Positions 43,269-56,406 of a stretch of 64,000 nt of DNA are shown here, piece after piece. Made by a program: the position numbers and the translations under genes. The notes beneath the pieces are model-generated. The model was not told where the DNA came from. It was given only the letters and a program-made list of their open reading frames with translations, and made no database searches. Within the stretch, counting starts at the first letter, position 1; the number at the start of each line of letters is the position of its first letter. Source of the DNA: Eledone cirrhosa. Lineage: Eukaryota. Location of the stretch: assembly GCA_964016885.1 (NCBI GenBank), contig OZ024746.1, forward strand, positions 9,238,001 through 9,302,000, written 5' to 3'.

Positions 43269-44156
43269 TGCTATCCTCATCATAACTATGATTAAATAAA
43301 TATGTTGGTGCGATAAAAGAGATGGTGGAGGAAGAATATAGTTCTGCTCTCACCAACAATGGGCGATGTCTTACCAGCGATGACAAAAGTCACCATTTCA
43401 AAGTGTTAGCGGGAAGGAATTCTAGCAACCAAATATGTTTTTCTCCCTAAATATTATCTACATTGCTTTCCTGGATAACCTTATCTGATGTTACTAAACC
43501 TAACCCATAAAAGGTAACCTTGACTAAGGCTTCACTGGTAAACATTACCATTAAAACACAATCAATAAATTCTCAAAGTTAGCATTACCATTCTTGAGAC
43601 TTTTAAACTGTATAATTAGAGGGTTATTAGTAATAAAGGTATTGGAATTGCGTATTTGACGGATCATTAAATCGTTAATCGGACACAATGTCTTGAAGTA
43701 TTGAGGTCCACTTTGCTTTTTATCTTTTCATAATTTCATAATACTGTCACCACGCAACCCCAACATGATTTCCTCAGACAGCATTTTAGCTAATACATTT
43801 GTTATGTAATATATTTGTAATGCAATACAGGCTTTTGATAAAAGTACGGACTTGTATACGATGTTACTCATACAAATGTCAGTCCCCATATCAATAGCAT
43901 GTATTGAATTTAAAATATGTTACACAACAAATGTATTACTTAAGACGTTGTCAAAGGTCATGTTAGTGATTGTGTGATGACAGCATTATGTAACAATTAA
44001 CACAACAGAAATACGTATTAAGGTGATCTATATAATAAATTATGAATATCTAGCCTTCAGATATTACCATTATTGTACATATCCGTTTTGGACTACCATA
44101 TCGGAATTGGTATTACACATATGACGTTGAGTTCTTGATTTAATTACATCATTATT

Positions 44157-44274
44157 CTGAGTTCAAATCCCGCCGAGGTTAACTTTGCCTTTCATCCTTC
44201 CGGGTTCGATAAAGTAAAGTACCAGTAATGCACTGGGTATTTGCTGGCCTTGTGCCAATAGTAGAAACAATTAT
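44157..44274 (+). mobile_element. SINE, 5'-truncated
   Basis: gagttcaaatcccgccgaggttaactttgcctttcatcc...tagaaacaattatt. Confidence 0.88.
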
Positions 44275-44495
44275 TTCTGTTGCAAACAGTAAACTCTACC
44301 TCCCCATAATGACTATGTACTAAAGTTTTATATATACAAACGGCTTTCATCAGGAATATGCATAAAATTCGACACCAGAAAAACAATTACTGTATGTATT
44401 GTATGTATTGTAAGACGAAACATGATAATATATATATATATATATCTTCATACAACGTTAGATACATTTATATATATATATACGCATATATATAA

Positions 44496-44618
<123 letters not shown>

Positions 44619-44849
44619 CATTCAGTCTAAAATCTTTTCCTGAGTCCTGTATTTTCGTTGCTCTAGTGATGCGGCTGGACTGCCGATCGCTATATTTGAT
44701 TTGCAAAGTTGTCTAAACGTATTGTTATTACTCTGGGGTACTATTCCCTATCGAGTGCTAAAGCTACATACCGAATTTGCATTCTTTAACTTGGCCGCAA
44801 CCTAAAGCTTCGTTAATGCTGTACTAAAATTTAAATATATATATATATA

Positions 44850-45291
44850 TTTCGTTTCTGAATTTGTTTAGCAAGATTCTTTATCTGAAATCGTGTGTTG
44901 AAACCGATATTGTTATACTTTGGGAGGGTCATGTTGCCAATAAGAAACACACGCACCAGTTACTTTCACTTCAATTTATTATAATAAATTTATAAATTTA
45001 GGAATTTATAAATTTCTGGTTGGTTGGTTGGTTCCACAACCAGATAGTTGTTTATATATTGTCAAAGTTCTTTCGTCACACATTCTGGTGTTGCTTCTGG
45101 TGCTGGTGTTGCTGCTGTTGTTGCTGCAGAATGTGTGACGAAAGAACTTTGACAATATATAAACAACTATCTGGTTGTGGAACCAACCAACCAACCAGAA
45201 ATTTATAAATTTATTATAATAAATTGAAGTGAAAGCAACTGGTGCGTGTGTTTCTTATTGGCAACATGACCCTCCCAAAGTATAACAATAT
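44850..45291. mobile_element. Fold-back element with ~165-180-bp inverted arms (44907-45087 / 45127-45291) in TA context; related stubs at ~47641-47692 and ~55051-55112
   Basis: Arms nearly identical, 39-nt (TGY)-rich spacer, shared end atattgttatactt.gggagggtcat. No convincing hammerhead core. Confidence 0.85.
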
Positions 45292-45326
45292 ATATATATA
45301 TATTAAAATAAATATTAATAAATATT

Positions 45327-45404
<78 letters not shown>

Positions 45405-45440
45405 CATATATATCAAAATTTATATATACATATATATATA

Positions 45441-45650
45441 TATTAAAATAACAGATTAAAGTTTAAGCAAAGAATCGCTGCTTTCACCCTTAACAGGATC
45501 TTCTGAAGATCCCATTAAGGGGTGAAAGCAGCGATTCTTTGCTTAAACTTTAATCTGTTATTTTAATAAATATTTGCTCTAGGGTTCTTATATATTTGAT
45601 ATATATTTATCCTTATCTTTGGATTTTGGTCTTCACATTTATTATTATTA
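45441..45650 (+). mobile_element. Mini-element family B copy with a fold-back palindrome (45441-45568) centred in the ribozyme core
   Basis: Centre cttc-t-gaag at 45500-45508; right arm reads CTGAAGA-tcccattaaggggt-GAAA-gca...tgc-TT-aaact. Confidence 0.8.
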
Positions 45651-46220
45651 CTATTATATAGATACATACATATATGTACATACAATAATGCATGTATTGC
45701 GTACGCTTTTTCTCACGTTTGTGAATATGAACGAAAATGCACTCCCAGAAATAACTACACATATCTTTCTTCATAGGCAATATTCAAACATTCAATGTAT
45801 AACATTTAATGATGATTGGATTTCTAAAAGATTATTGGCTGTTACTTTGTAATATATTTATTCAGCGAAGATTCTCGTGTATGTATCGAAAGAAAATAAG
45901 GTAACTCGTAATATTCGATATCAATGGACGTTTCTTAAATCTGCATGATAAATCCATCTAAGAGGTACTACTTCACTAAGGCAAGGAAATAAATATTGAA
46001 AACGTAGCCACATAGAAAATACTGTGAACTCAATGTTGTGTAAATTATAGCAAATTTGTAGGAAAATACATGAGATTGTGTGGCTCCATTCAGTGGGTAA
46101 TTCATAAAAGTTACGTTATATTACACGCATTCACATACACACATTCACATACACACACACATATATACATTTATATAAACACTTACACTTTATGTATATA
46201 TATATATATATATATTTATG

Positions 46221-46287
<67 letters not shown>

Positions 46288-46292
46288 GGTTA

Positions 46293-47596
46293 CAGGGTGG
46301 GGCATAAAAACTGTTACAAAATAAAATGCAAATAGTTCTTGAAAAAAAAACATTTATTTCAAGATCTGACTTCAACACATAGTAAGTAATATACTATTAA
46401 ACAACTGCACAAAAATGTATTCGAAATGATTTCCTCTAGCTCTCACTACTGCTCGAAGACTTCTAGGAAAGTCTTCGATGGCTGCACGAACAGTTTTCAT
46501 GGGTATTTTCTCCCATACTTTATTCAGTTTTGATTTTAGAGTTTCAATAGTTTGGCTAGGAGTAGAGCAGGCTTCACTCTCAAGAATTGGCCATAAAGAA
46601 AAATCGAGAGGGTTGAGATCTGGTGATGTGGGAGGCCACTCTTCCTTACTGATCCATGCAGGACAATGGTCTCTACACCACTGTTGTGTTACGCAAGCAG
46701 TGTGGCTCGTCGCTCCATCTTGTTGTAGAGTCCAAATGTTATCGCCATAAACAGATATGCACCATGGCATCAGTGTTCCTTCTAAAATATTCTTTATGCA
46801 AAGTTCTTTGTTAATTTTAACTCATTGAGGCACACAACTCAGAGGAGACTTACCTCTTTCACAAATGGCTGCCCAAACCATCACTGATGCTGGTTTCGGT
46901 GTTCTGAACACTTTTCCTACACTTGAAGGAATTGATTTGAGACTTTTTGCATGTACTCGATCATTTTGATGATTGTGAGACTGCTGCACAGTGAATAACT
47001 TCTCATCTGTAAAGATGATGTTTTGCAGCGTGCCATCCTTGATACGGTTCAATAACAGTTTACTTCTGGAGAGCCTCTTTTCAATTGTCGCTGCAGAAAG
47101 AAGCTGCCTCTTTTGGAACTTATAGGGTGACATCCACAGATCATCTCGACATATCCTCCGCATAGTTCTCGGCGATGTTTCTGCTTCTTCTGCCATTTTT
47201 CTCATGGACCTTCTTGGATTACGCCTTATTTTTTTCCCTCACACTTTTAACGAGTTTTGGTGTTCTTGAGCTGCGAGCGAGTCCGGATTGAGGTCTGTCT
47301 TTGGTCGAGGACGTTTCCTTAAATCGATCGATTGTCCGTTTGATCAACATTCTATTGATCTTAAGAAGTTTCCCCAGTTTAAATATCTCGGGTGGAGTCA
47401 GGCCTTTTTCATGCTTCTCTATAATGAACTTTCTTTTCAATTCTATGGACATTGCAAATTGTTAATGGAGTAATGTTCTGAAAAATAGTTAATATGGTTA
47501 TAGTGAATGGATTTGATACAAATATATTGGTTATATTGGCAACATAATGTATTTTTAAATTGATTTAAAATTTTGTAACAGGAATTATGCCCCACC

Positions 47597-47599
<3 letters not shown>
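46293..47599 (-). mobile_element. Full-length Tc1/mariner element of the DD37D (maT) family
   Basis: TIRs cagggtggggcataa...tgttacaaaat / attttgtaaca...ttatgccccaccctg, with TA on both sides; 1307 bp. Confidence 0.95.
46418..47452 (-). pseudogene. DD37D transposase, disrupted
   Basis: Three ORF pieces: HTH region, FTDEK, and QQDGA-...-SPDLNPLDF with 37 residues between the last two catalytic Asp. Frameshift near 47225 and in-frame stop at 46822. Confidence 0.92.
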
Positions 47600-47648
<49 letters not shown>

Positions 47649-47814
47649 ATACTTGGGGAGGGTCATATTTGCGTAATATTGCCAGAATTCTATATGCATA
47701 TATTTATGTATGTATATATATATGTATATATTTATGTATGTATGTATATATTTATGTATGTATATATTTATGTATATATATATATATATATATTTATGTA
47801 TGTATATATTTATG

Positions 47815-47892
<78 letters not shown>

Positions 47893-47906
47893 TGTATGTA
47901 TGTATG

Positions 47907-48013
<107 letters not shown>

Positions 48014-48146
48014 GTATATATATATATATATCCATAACATTTTTCTATATAATATAATAGATTACATTATAAGTTTTATGAAATCTCAACATTGTGTAAT
48101 ATATGCATTATATATAGACACACACACATACACACACATACACATG

Positions 48147-48190
<44 letters not shown>

Positions 48191-48521
48191 CTGTGTATAT
48201 AATTTTCATTAAAATAACAGGAGGCATGACTATATAAGTCTCTCTCTCTCTCTCTCCCTCTCTCTATCTCTCTCTCTCTCTCTCTCTGCGTATGTGTTTG
48301 TGTGTGTGCGTGCATGTGAGAGTGTATATGCATTAATAATCTGTTCAAGGCTTATGTACTCTTAGATATTATTATCGTTTTTAGTTTAACTAACCTGTAC
48401 TGCTTAGTTTCATGTATATTCCCCTGGGGAATGGACGAAGAACCCAAGAGCACACACTTCGTCCGTTCCCATGTCGATTCAATTTGGATTGCCTCGGAAA
48501 CATAACCTTATTATGTAACAA

Positions 48522-48595
48522 GCTGTCTGACGATGTCGCGACACTGGCGCACGGAACAGTGTGATCACTGTCGTCATTGAAATATATATCACAGC
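48522..48595 (+). ncRNA. Type I hammerhead ribozyme motif; element continues to ~48720 with the 3' bulged hairpin
   Basis: gctgt-CTGACGA-tgtcgcgac...gtcgtcatt-GAAA-tatata-TC-acagc. Confidence 0.85.
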
Positions 48596-48734
48596 ATTAT
48601 TATTAAAAGACTTGAACATCTGAAACTACTTCGCGTTTCCTTATTCAATATTTACTCCGTCACTCCTATGTGGAATAAGTGCGTTGAGTGCTTGATTTGA
48701 ATTGCATGAATATTTACCCTAAAAAACAAATATA

Positions 48735-48794
<60 letters not shown>

Positions 48795-48946
48795 ATAAAA
48801 ATACTTGAGTGCGTTAGAGTAGAGTTAAACACACTCGTCGTATTAGAGAAATGACAGTATAAGATATAGCTCGATGCTATCAAACAGAGCAGAAAAAATT
48901 ATATAAAAAATTAACAAAGAAGCCTTAATACATTAAAAATCTTTAA

Positions 48947-48981
48947 TTGCTGACAATGTTTCGTCCCATTCATCAGAGCAA
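48947..48981 (-). ncRNA. 35-nt minimal type I hammerhead motif in element ~48792-48997
   Basis: Minus strand: ttgct-CTGATGA-atgggac-GAAA-cattg-TC-agcaa. Confidence 0.8.
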
Positions 48982-49013
48982 GGAAAAGGACTAGAAATAT
49001 ATATATATATATT

Positions 49014-49044
<31 letters not shown>

Positions 49045-49690
49045 ATTGAGCGATAACTCAATTAAGTTATCGGGACAGTGGGAAAATAGAGGGAAGGAAA
49101 CAAACACATGGTGGTATGCAACGTAAAGAGAGGAAATAGAGACAAGTCAATGAATCCTGTGGGCTTAAGCCCGACATATCAAATTGACGAGGAGAAATAG
49201 ACACGTCCGAGCCGCGAGAAGATTGAGAGAGGAAAGAAATTCAAGCAGGTCAGACGGGAGGTAGGGAGAGGGGGGAGAAGCAGAGAGGGAGTGAGTGAAA
49301 GTGGGAGGAAGGGCCAGCCGAGAGTGAGTGACCAGCAGCGGGAGTTGAGGAAGGCAAGAGGTGAAGGAGAGAGAAAGGGTGATAGCAGTAAAGTGGCAGA
49401 AAAAATACGAACCACAGCGAAGGGAAAAATTATGTGAATGAAGAATGGCGTGCTGCGTTATTGCGAACACGAACATATGAATAAAAATAGACAAGGGTTA
49501 AAATGTCCTCTTCAGTAGTCTGATATAAGGGATAACAAAATATCGTTATAAGTAATCCTGTTAGAGGTTGTGAATACTTCTTATTATGGATAGTTTTAGC
49601 GTACGGCGTTGTTTGAGTCAACAAGATGTTTACGTAGATGACCAGTTTATGATTTCACTTATATTCCTAAGTAAGTTAATCTTTGAGTAA

Positions 49691-50054
49691 TAAAATTGAA
49701 AAAGTAGAGAATAACATGGTCAACAGTACAAAAAAGGGGATTTATTTACAGTCTAACAATTGTTTCTCTGATAAAGTTGTCTAAAAATTGCTGAACACTA
49801 GAAGCAGTGCCACTCAATTAAAATACAATGCTAGCTCGATCAGATCTTCAGAAACTGTTATATTGGTTATATCTATATTTTTATAACAGTTTCTGAAGTT
49901 CTGATCGAGCTAGCATTGTATTTGAAATTGAGTGGCACTGCTTCTAGTGTTCAGCAATGTTTAGACAACTTTATCAGAGAAACAATTGTTAGACTGTAAA
50001 TAGATCCCCTTTTTTGTACTGTTGACCATGTTATTCTCTACTTTCTCAATTTTA
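49691..50054. mobile_element. Inverted duplication (49691-49862 / 49882-50054) of a hammerhead with ~80-nt stem II region
   Basis: acagttt-CTGAAG(A/T)-tctgat...atcaga-GAAA-caattg-TT-agactgt at 49748-49858 (-, intact core) and 49886-49997 (+, CTGAAGT). Confidence 0.85.
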
Positions 50055-50066
50055 TATATATATATA

Positions 50067-50351
<285 letters not shown>

Positions 50352-50557
50352 GGGAAGGGGGAGAGAGATTGAAGATGAGGAGAAATATTGCGAAGTGTTT
50401 CAGCAATGTACAAACCTTATTGCTATATTACAATTCTTTCTATATCGATCAACTTGGAGTAGAGACAAAGTGAGGAGGGCTTAACTCTAGAATACAACCC
50501 AACATGCGACGGAGCTTCGACGGGCGCCCTACCTTTAACTGTAGTTACACACCTCAC

Positions 50558-50631
<74 letters not shown>

Positions 50632-50633
<2 letters not shown>

Positions 50634-50834
50634 CGAAGGAAATGTGGTAAGGAACCAGATGGACCATAACGCACCAAAGTACTCAATACTTAGGGTAGTA
50701 GAGTGGGTAATAGGAACGAGTAGGACTCCGACGGCTGAACTCAAGCCGTTTCGACGGCTAATTCTGGACTAAAATTTTAGTCCAGAATTAGCCGTCGAAA
50801 CGGCTTGAGCTCAGCCGTCGGGGTCCTACTCGTT

Positions 50835-50839
<5 letters not shown>
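50632..50839 (-). mobile_element. Mini-element family C with palindrome 50710-50839 (3' half of a hammerhead); further copies at ~53313-53405, ~54679-54822 and ~62911-62970
   Basis: GAAA-cggc-ttgagctca-gccg-TC-ggggtc; shared tail ...actctactaccctaagtat(t/c)gagtact...ggtgcgttatggt. Confidence 0.8.
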
Positions 50840-50894
<55 letters not shown>

Positions 50895-50909
50895 GAGAGA
50901 GAGGGGGGA

Positions 50910-50969
<60 letters not shown>

Positions 50970-52278
50970 AAAATACAAAATAAGTATTGTATAATCTCAT
51001 AAACAAGCGAATTCACCATTTTCTTTACAGAATTATTGCCAAATTAACAATTACGACGATGATTAGCTGAACAGTAGTGAGGCGACGGGGATGACTATAA
51101 TGGCGCTGATGGTAGTATCGTTGGTTATGGTTGTATTCTTGCTTGTGATAATTGTCTCGCAGACAAATTATCACTACCAAAGACAAGTGTTGGTAATGGT
51201 GGATGTTATAATGCAGTCTTAGCGACTCTACGTGTTAACGTTTGATACACATACATATACAGGCACACATATACTCTTATCGGTCGTTACACGTACACTT
51301 AGATGTACACATATGTATAAGTGTGTAAAAAGTTACATACGGTTACATATAAATATATTTACGTGTCTATGTATATACGTATGTGTACATATGCGCTCGT
51401 CTATGTGTGTATGTAATTATTTATATAGGTGTGCGTATGCACGTGTACATCTTTATGTGTATGTGTGTACATATATATCCACCTGTTACTCCTTACTACG
51501 AAATAACGATATATTGCGGATAAAAGTCTCGTCATACAATTAAATACGCGCAAAACATAACATTCCCTCGATAGACAGTCCTGTTTAAATCAAAAACACA
51601 TTTCCCTAAATAATAATTAAAATCCCATCAACACGTCCATAAATAAGAAAGTTCATCAACAAATGAAACTGATATACACCAACATATATTAATGACTTTT
51701 CAAGTGTCATAATGCCTCATGTTGATGTATTAATCCTACCGAGTGACAAATTATCCTCATCAAACTTCATGTTTGTTTTTATAATCACCAAATCTAATAC
51801 AGGCCTTTATATATTCCATCAACTCCTATGTTTATATAAACAAGCATATCTACAAATTAACACATGCAAAATCACTGCTTTTAAATTAAAGTATATAAAA
51901 ACACTCACCTCAAAAATAACTACTGATCAGACACACATGGCTTTGAACATTTCCAAATATTTAAAAATTAAGCTTACTAATATTTATTTATTTATTTTCG
52001 CAAGTTGGGAAACCGTGTGTTAAAACATATGTTTAAGAGTTATGCAGTCAATAGAATCCCATGTACTTGTAGTGGAGCATTTTGTTGGTGGTGAAGGTAG
52101 GTGTGTCAGATCTTCTGGCAGTATATGCTTATTGTAATAATCTTATGTGAATTGTGTACGAAGCACCACAAGGGGCTGTTTGACATTTGTTCCACTAAAT
52201 ATATGTTGAGACAAATACATTAAATAAATATTATGCAACTTTGAGACGATCGTATGGAACGGCCTCTAAGAATTTCTC

Positions 52279-52309
<31 letters not shown>

Positions 52310-52368
52310 CTCTCTCTGTATGTATATATATATATATATATAATATATAATATATAATATATATATAT

Positions 52369-52494
<126 letters not shown>

Positions 52495-53256
52495 GAAGGA
52501 GAGACATACATAATTGATTGAGTTTATTGAGTTGTGTAATGTCAATTAAACAGATAACAACTTTTCTAATCGGTTTTGTTGCCTATCAATTTTCGTGATC
52601 TCTCACTCTATTCCGCGCCTCTTCTCTTTCTACACTTACCCACATCTATATATGGGATTCTTTTCTTTTTCTCTGAGTCGTTACCGGTCAGAAACGCATA
52701 TTAGATGTGGAGCAAAATCAAAGAGATATGATGTGTTTTCATCGACGATCGAACCGTGGTGCACCACGAACATAAACCAGGAGGACAAACACTTACAATG
52801 GATTTCTATCAAGAAGTCTTCCGATATCTTCGGGGTACAGTTCAGTGCAAACGACCGAATCTGTGGATCCAGCAAAGCTGGTAGTTGCACCACCCGTCTC
52901 AGCTAACCTGGGGCTTTTCTACTCTCAAAATATGAATCTTTTTAACTCTAGTTGTCCACCAAATTGAAAATGTCACTGAAAGACCTACGCTTTGAAGAAG
53001 GTGAGAACCTCATGCAGACAGGGACGGCAAAACTGATAGCCACCCCAGAAGATCGTTTCAAGCGTGCTTCTAACAGTGGTGGGCTATGAGCGTGAAACCA
53101 CAAGAAGTCTGCCTTGAAGGACACTAGTAGCTGAACCCCACTTTTTCCCAGCTTAAGGTTAGATACGTTTTAGACAGACATCGTACACCTTTACATACAT
53201 CGTTCCTCACCATCTCACTCACAGCTACATATACACCTATACACATTTCGATACAC

Positions 53257-53315
<59 letters not shown>

Positions 53316-53402
53316 CGAAGGAAATGTGGTAAGGAACCAGGTGGACCATAACGCACCAAAGTACTCAATACTTAGGGTAGTAGAGTGGGTAATAGGAACG
53401 TT

Positions 53403-53450
<48 letters not shown>

Positions 53451-53550
53451 TCACTAATTCTTCGTTTTCCATATCATTATACTCTGCTCCGAAGGAGCAT
53501 AGAGTGCTCAACCGGCATATTGCCTATGGAAGCGTCCAAGCAACCTTACC

Positions 53551-53619
<69 letters not shown>

Positions 53620-54427
53620 AACATGTATATATATATGTATATATATATGTGTTTATATATGTATACATATACACACACACAAACACACACATATATATAT
53701 ATATATATGTATGCATATATATCATATACCATTATAAATAATGTATTTCAACAACTAACTTATGCATAATTCAAACTCTAAGTATTATTTGTTCGAGATT
53801 GTGTACAAATTATATTTAATATGGTCGTCTCCTTCCCATTAACTCACTTCCCGCATAATATGAGTATCATAACCCATAAAATCCACTATTTCTCGCTTGA
53901 GTTCAGAAAGAATCATTTCTTTTCCGGCATTAAATTTCCAGAAAATCATATTATAAATGGTCTCCATCATTTTCTATTTTTTCCCTTACAAGAATAACGG
54001 CAATATATCGCTAGACAGAAGAGACCAATGCTATATTTCACACATCTAGTATATCGAGTACCTTGACGCCTCCATTTTCTTAATCAAATCCATCTGTCTC
54101 TTCGTGGTAGATCCCCGTCTCCATCAATACACAGGCACGCGCGCGCGCACAAACACACACACATATATATATATACATATATTCGAGTTAAGAGGGAAAA
54201 CAAATTTTGCTTTTATATATATATATATATATATAATTGGTTATGCACGAGTGCATTAAGGTTTTCCAAGACACAGTGTTATGCACCGTGTAGGGGAAGG
54301 TCAGCTTACAACAGAGTGGTGCTCAACGAAATGCAGAAAAATGTGTATATTCCAGTTTAGCTATACTTCGGGGCGTGTATAAAGAATTAAAAAGAACAGA
54401 AAGATGCAGTAAAAGAGATTTATTCGG

Positions 54428-54545
54428 TTCTTACGTACGTTTCAATAGACATCAATTTGCCTAGATCTCGCTGCATCTATAATATTATATAGTTAGTAGA
54501 ACATTCGACATCCAATGCACAATCGATTCCATATCATCAGAGATT
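54428..54545 (-). ncRNA. Type I hammerhead motif with long stem II, element ~54236-54617
   Basis: Minus strand: tct-CTGATGA-tatgga...tctatt-GAAA-cgtacg-TA-aga; stem I is short. Confidence 0.7.
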
Positions 54546-54622
54546 ATATTTACCGTACCAGAATGTTCATGTTTTTATAGGAATTCATGTGAAGTTGAAG
54601 TAGAGAAGAAGGAGGATGTATA

Positions 54623-54672
<50 letters not shown>

Positions 54673-54834
54673 TATATGAGAAGGTCAGACCTACCTGTCG
54701 TAACGGCCGCACCTCAGCCGTCGGGGTCCTGACTCTTTTCCTATTATCCACTCTACTACCCTAAGTATCGAGTACTCTGGTGCGTTATGGTTCACCTGGT
54801 TCCTTACCATACTTCCTTCGCTATATATATATAT

Positions 54835-55032
54835 ATATAGATGAGATTCTACAGGACTAGAACTGTTTCATTCTTTAGAAATCATCAGGAATCTGGCCAG
54901 ATTCCTGATGATTTCTAAAGAATGAAACAGTTCTAGTCCTGTAGAATCTCATCTATATTAAAACTTTTATACTCTGCTATGTATTGAGTACCTTACTTAC
55001 TGTGGTTACCTCCGATTCAACCCGGAATAACG
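54835..55032 (+). mobile_element. Mini-element: perfect 124-bp palindrome (54835-54958) carrying a hammerhead on each strand, plus 3' tail
   Basis: agattc-CTGATGA-tttctaaagaat-GAAA-cag-ttctagtc-ctg-TA-gaatct at 54899-54949; centre ctgg|ccag; bulged hairpin 54971-54991. Confidence 0.88.
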
Positions 55033-55341
55033 TATATATATATATATATATATTGTTATACTTGGGGAGGGTCATATTGTTATAATATTGCCAGAAATAA
55101 TAACACAACGCACATATATGTGTGTGTGTATATAGTATTTTGTGTGTATGTATATATCTATATCTATCTACCTATCTCTTTATATCTATATAAGTGTGTG
55201 AAAGAGAATGAAAGTGTTTGTTGTTAATTGGTTCACAAGAGAATTCTGTAGGTCCTGCTCGTAATTCTGGTTTTCTTCAGTATTAAACAGCTGGCAATTA
55301 TATCAGTATATCACGTGTAACATATGCACATCATGGCACTA

Positions 55342-55430
<89 letters not shown>

Positions 55431-55431
55431 T

Positions 55432-55480
<49 letters not shown>

Positions 55481-55506
55481 GCTGCTGCTACTACTACTAC
55501 TACTAC
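55342..55506. repeat. (TAG)n immediately followed by its reverse complement (CTA)n
   Basis: Junction agt|act at 55393/55394. Confidence 0.95.
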
Positions 55507-55635
55507 TCTCTCTTTCTCTCTCTCTCTATATATATATATGCGTGTGTGTGTGTGTGTTATTATGTGAGTAATTTGTTACTTTCCTTCTCTCTCTCTTCCC
55601 CCCCCCCCAACTCTCTCTCTCTATATATATATATA

Positions 55636-56020
55636 TAATAAAAAGGACGATATGTTATGCCTTCATTACGTTTATTGAGTAGTGATGCGAGCCCCTCCAT
55701 CGATCAGCCTGTGGCTCGATACATATCGATCTAGCTCGACTCTGGAATCAAAAGCTCATCTGACCTCTCCTGTGTCATTACCACTACAGAGATTCGACGA
55801 GCTTTTGATTCCAGAGTTGAGCTAGATCGATATGGATCGAGCCATGGGTTGATCAATGGCGAAGCACGCGTCACTACTCAACAAATGTAATGAAAACACA
55901 ACATATCCTGCTTTTTTATTAGTATTACACTCTGCTTAGTTCTACACCTCTATACTTACTGGATACTACGCATCGAGTGCTCACTCTTGTGAACCTACAG
56001 TAGCTGGACGTTACAATCCC
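55636..56020 (+). mobile_element. Older fold-back mini-element (arms ~55636-55762 / ~55795-55921) with degenerate hammerhead and 3' bulged hairpin
   Basis: Diverged arms; tcgacga-gc...gc-GAAG-cacgcg-TC; actc-tgc...gca-tc-gagtgc at 55929-55980. Confidence 0.65.
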
Positions 56021-56060
56021 TATATATATATATAGGAAAATTTGCTTCGTAGAATCAAGA

Positions 56061-56151
56061 CGTATCTGAGGACCTGCGGTATTCAGAGTCAGGTTCGATC
56101 ATCACATCGATCGTGCCTCGAGCTGATCGCCAGAGAAACGATTATAATATG
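56061..56151 (+). ncRNA. Hammerhead motif, partly decayed
   Basis: cgtat-CTGAGGA-cctgcg...cgccaga-GAAA-cgatta-TA-atatg; stem III is no longer palindromic. Confidence 0.6.
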
Positions 56152-56354
56152 GCCAATAAATTCCATTCGTTGCAACACTTATTCTCTTTTTTCTGTGATA
56201 TCATACTCTCATGTACGTCAATACTCATCTTTTTCCATTTATCTGAGGGTTCTAAACCCCATTATCACGCTAAAATTCCTTTAGTTAAAAATACGGTGAA
56301 AGCTATTCTATTTTCTAATTTCAAACCTGCTCACTGTTTCAAAACATACTTACT

Positions 56355-56406
<52 letters not shown>

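Noticed and set aside
42364-43386. Poly-His, poly-IT and Asp/Gly ORFs
   Set aside because: (CATCAC)n repeat; no unique domain or splice context.
49500-49650. Possible GIY-YIG remnant (KHLVDSN, minus strand) upstream of nothing recognisable
   Set aside because: Single weak motif with stops; cannot be supported without a profile search.
52595-52906. 103-aa ORF of ordinary composition
   Set aside because: No recognisable motif; non-ATG start.
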